A DNA stretch of 64,000 nucleotides from Candidatus Falkowbacteria bacterium (GTDB lineage: Bacteria; Patescibacteriota; Patescibacteriia; Patescibacteriales; WJLG01), in assembly GCA_963747695.1 (NCBI GenBank), contig CAVVFV010000010.1, forward strand, positions 133,618 to 197,617. The letters run 5' to 3'. This document shows, in pieces, positions 61,948 through 64,000 of the stretch (positions are counted from its first letter, which is position 1; each line of letters starts with the position of its first letter). A model generated the notes under the pieces. That model worked only from the letters and a program-made list of their open reading frames with translations. It did no database searches and was not told where the DNA came from. A program made the translations under genes and the position numbers.

Positions 61948-63720
61948 ATGATGAACGCGCTTATCGTTGTCGCGATTGTGTTGGCTGTCTATCTTCTCGC
62001 CCGGTTCTGGATCTTCCGGAACTGGTTCGCGAAGAGAAAGACGGAGACCGAGTATGAGAAACGATTGTCGGAAATCCGCGCGACCGAAGAAGGAAGAAGG
62101 GTCGCCGACGAAATCCGCCTAACTGAGCTGGACCTCGAAAGAACGAAGAAGCAAACCTTGACCGAACAGGAAAAGATCAACCTCATCCAGTTGCGCAAAA
62201 CTCATCTCGAGTTGAAGCGGTCATTGCTCAAATCCTTGAAGGATGAAGAGCCGACTGCCGGCGCAACGGACTCCGGAGTCGAAGATTCCCAAAACAAGCG
62301 AAGCCGTCGCGGGAAAAAAGGCTGGTCAGTAATGATCAGTTTAGTTTCGCTGGCCGCAATCGTCATTTGGGCCGGAATGAGTTTTCTCAATCACTGGGAA
62401 TGGCCCGCCACCTATCTGCCGATCATCGGTATGATCGCGGCCGCCGTGCTCATCATCAGGAGACTTAATTCGAACAAAAAAAACAAGGTCAACCAGACAG
62501 GAAACAAGACGGGCAGGAAGTCCAAACCAGGCAAAAAAAAGAGCAAAGAAATTACTCAATTATTTTACCCTCACTGGTTATGGATTTCGTTTCTGGCAAT
62601 GATAAGTCTTATTCCTATTACCGTTTTGATTCTGAATCTTTCTTGGCAGTACAGTCAGAAACATCCGGCAATTTTTTATCTCAGCATTGTCATTTCCCTG
62701 CTCATCGCGGCTTATTATCTGGTGCGTACGGTCAAAGGCGCAAACAATCCGTTGCCGGAAAAAGATGAGTTTGCCGTAACTATTTTTAAAAAATATTGCG
62801 GCACAAGGAAAACCCCCGGGCTATTCTTTGCCTTTCCCCTTTTCGGCTGGGTCGAACTTCTGGGCATAAGCACGGAAGACGATCAAGAGCAATTATTCCA
62901 AGTGGTCGATAAAGAAGGAAAAGTGAGCACGGCGCGGTTTGACCTCGACGATGCGAGCGTTCCCCTGCTGGCCGACGTCTTCTTCCGAATCGTCGATGCG
63001 TATAAATTCCTTTTCGGCAATGAAGATAGCGTCCAGTCCATGGTCGAATATGTCGAAGCCTATCTGCGGCGAGTCTTTATAGTGCCAGCGGATGCGGCAA
63101 GCGGAAAATCAGAACGAGTCATGAATTTGGAAGAAGCCTTACTGTTCAAAGCCAAAGACATGATCACCCGCTTTAATACCGAGAATAACGAAAACGGAGA
63201 AGTTCATCGTGATTTCGTTAAGTCTCATTGGGGAATAGAAGTTTTTCGGATCCAGATCAGGGACTTTGACCTAAATGAAGAACAGCGCAAAGCGTTAAAT
63301 ATGAAACTTGAAGCGAAAAAAAGAAAAGAAGCGGCCCGGGAAGATGCCGATGCCGAAGCTGTGCGAGCTGACGGCAAAGCGCGCGGAATCGAAAGGCTGG
63401 CTAAAGCAAGCCGGGTGGAATTTGCGGAAAATGCCGCAGGATATTCGGATGCCGTAAACTCGTTCGCGGGCAAAGTCGAACCCGACGAAGTTCTTTTTCA
63501 CATTAGGGAAATGAGAAAATTCGGTATGCCTAATGCCACCCTCGTCATCAGCGACGGAGGCGGCAATGCGGCATTTGGCGCCCAATTCGAAGCGGGCCGC
63601 CAAGCTTACAACAGAAACAACGAAAGGAAAGAACCAAATGCTGAAACCATATTACCCAAGAAACGGCCGGACGGTTCAAAGGAAGGAACAGGGTCTTCCG
63701 ACAAAAAACCCAACGGCTGA
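61948..63720 (+). CDS. Polytopic membrane protein with a C-terminal SPFH/Band-7 (prohibitin/flotillin-like) domain
   Basis: AAAGGAG SD. About five TM segments with a coiled coil and a Lys-rich linker. SPFH-like FRIVDAYKFLFG..WGIEVFRIQIRDFDL..EAKKRKEAAREDADAEA. Confidence 0.7.
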   Translation: MMNALIVVAIVLAVYLLARFWIFRNWFAKRKTETEYEKRLSEIRATEEGRRVADEIRLTELDLERTKKQTLTEQEKINLIQLRKTHLELKRSLLKSLKDEEPTAGATDSGVEDSQNKRSRRGKKGWSVMISLVSLAAIVIWAGMSFLNHWEWPATYLPIIGMIAAAVLIIRRLNSNKKNKVNQTGNKTGRKSKPGKKKSKEITQLFYPHWLWISFLAMISLIPITVLILNLSWQYSQKHPAIFYLSIVISLLIAAYYLVRTVKGANNPLPEKDEFAVTIFKKYCGTRKTPGLFFAFPLFGWVELLGISTEDDQEQLFQVVDKEGKVSTARFDLDDASVPLLADVFFRIVDAYKFLFGNEDSVQSMVEYVEAYLRRVFIVPADAASGKSERVMNLEEALLFKAKDMITRFNTENNENGEVHRDFVKSHWGIEVFRIQIRDFDLNEEQRKALNMKLEAKKRKEAAREDADAEAVRADGKARGIERLAKASRVEFAENAAGYSDAVNSFAGKVEPDEVLFHIREMRKFGMPNATLVISDGGGNAAFGAQFEAGRQAYNRNNERKEPNAETILPKKRPDGSKEGTGSSDKKPNG

Positions 63721-64000
63721 AAAGGAAAACACAAATGGTGAATCGGGAACTCCGGAAAAATGCCAACCAACGGGCAGGCCGGCGGTGAGCAATGAAACAC
63801 TGTCAATTCTTTTCGTGATCGGAGTATTCGTAGTCGGGACAATTCTTCTGGCATATCTCCAGAACTTGAAAAACCCTGCCGCGACCATCACGGACATCGT
63901 GTTCAGCAATAATTTCTGGTTGTTTACCGTAGCCTGCGTTTTAAGCTGGATCTACGGCGTGATCAAGAAAAAAAGCTTGCTGCACGTTGTCAACCGAATT
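63638..64000 (+). CDS. Hypothetical membrane protein, 3' end beyond the window; overlaps the SPFH gene end by 83 nt in another frame
   Basis: Not in the track (no in-window stop). ATG 63638 follows AAAGGAAAG. Translation MLKPYYPRNG..SILFVIGVFVVGTILLAYL..FWLFTVACVLSWIYGVI is open to 64000. Confidence 0.5.
   Translation, partial: MLKPYYPRNGRTVQRKEQGLPTKNPTAEKENTNGESGTPEKCQPTGRPAVSNETLSILFVIGVFVVGTILLAYLQNLKNPAATITDIVFSNNFWLFTVACVLSWIYGVIKKKSLLHVVNRI

Overview
The window is 64 kb from a small-genome bacterium with Gram-positive-type gene organisation. A CPR/Patescibacteria-like origin is my inference and cannot be verified here. The standard genetic code applies: TAA, TAG and TGA each end well-supported genes directly ahead of terminator hairpins. 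Most genes are housekeeping and lie on the minus strand. They include a purE-like gene with purC and purB, hup, rny, trxB, rnhB, infB-rbfA, a DHH phosphoesterase, trmD, ftsH, rpsA, queA, ruvB, a UvrD-type helicase-nuclease, uvrC, a gldA/F/G-type ABC operon, and a fragmented heat-shock locus (hrcA, grpE, hsp20, dnaK, dnaJ). There are three tRNAs (Lys-CTT, Met/Ile2-CAT, Arg-TCG). Two edge-truncated ORFs are missing from the supplied ORF track: a surface protein of more than 1415 aa at 1-4246(-) and a membrane protein at 63638-64000(+). The most unusual property is the density of short palindromic, MITE/REP/RPE-like repeat families. They fill nearly every intergenic spacer, and several copies sit in frame inside essential genes (queA, the helicase, trmD, ruvB, rpsA/grpE). 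Other notable features are a perfect 208-bp tandem array whose every unit carries the 3' end of the adjacent tRNA-Lys, truncated tRNA 5' copies, and a DUF559 endonuclease gene bracketed by inverted repeats. A conserved promoter/operator module is shared by infB and rpsA. A run of paralogous lipoprotein genes and an orphan membrane, coiled-coil, TPR and SPFH gene cluster with a 165-nt hairpin leader are also present. No CRISPR array, integrase, transposase or reverse transcriptase was recognised.
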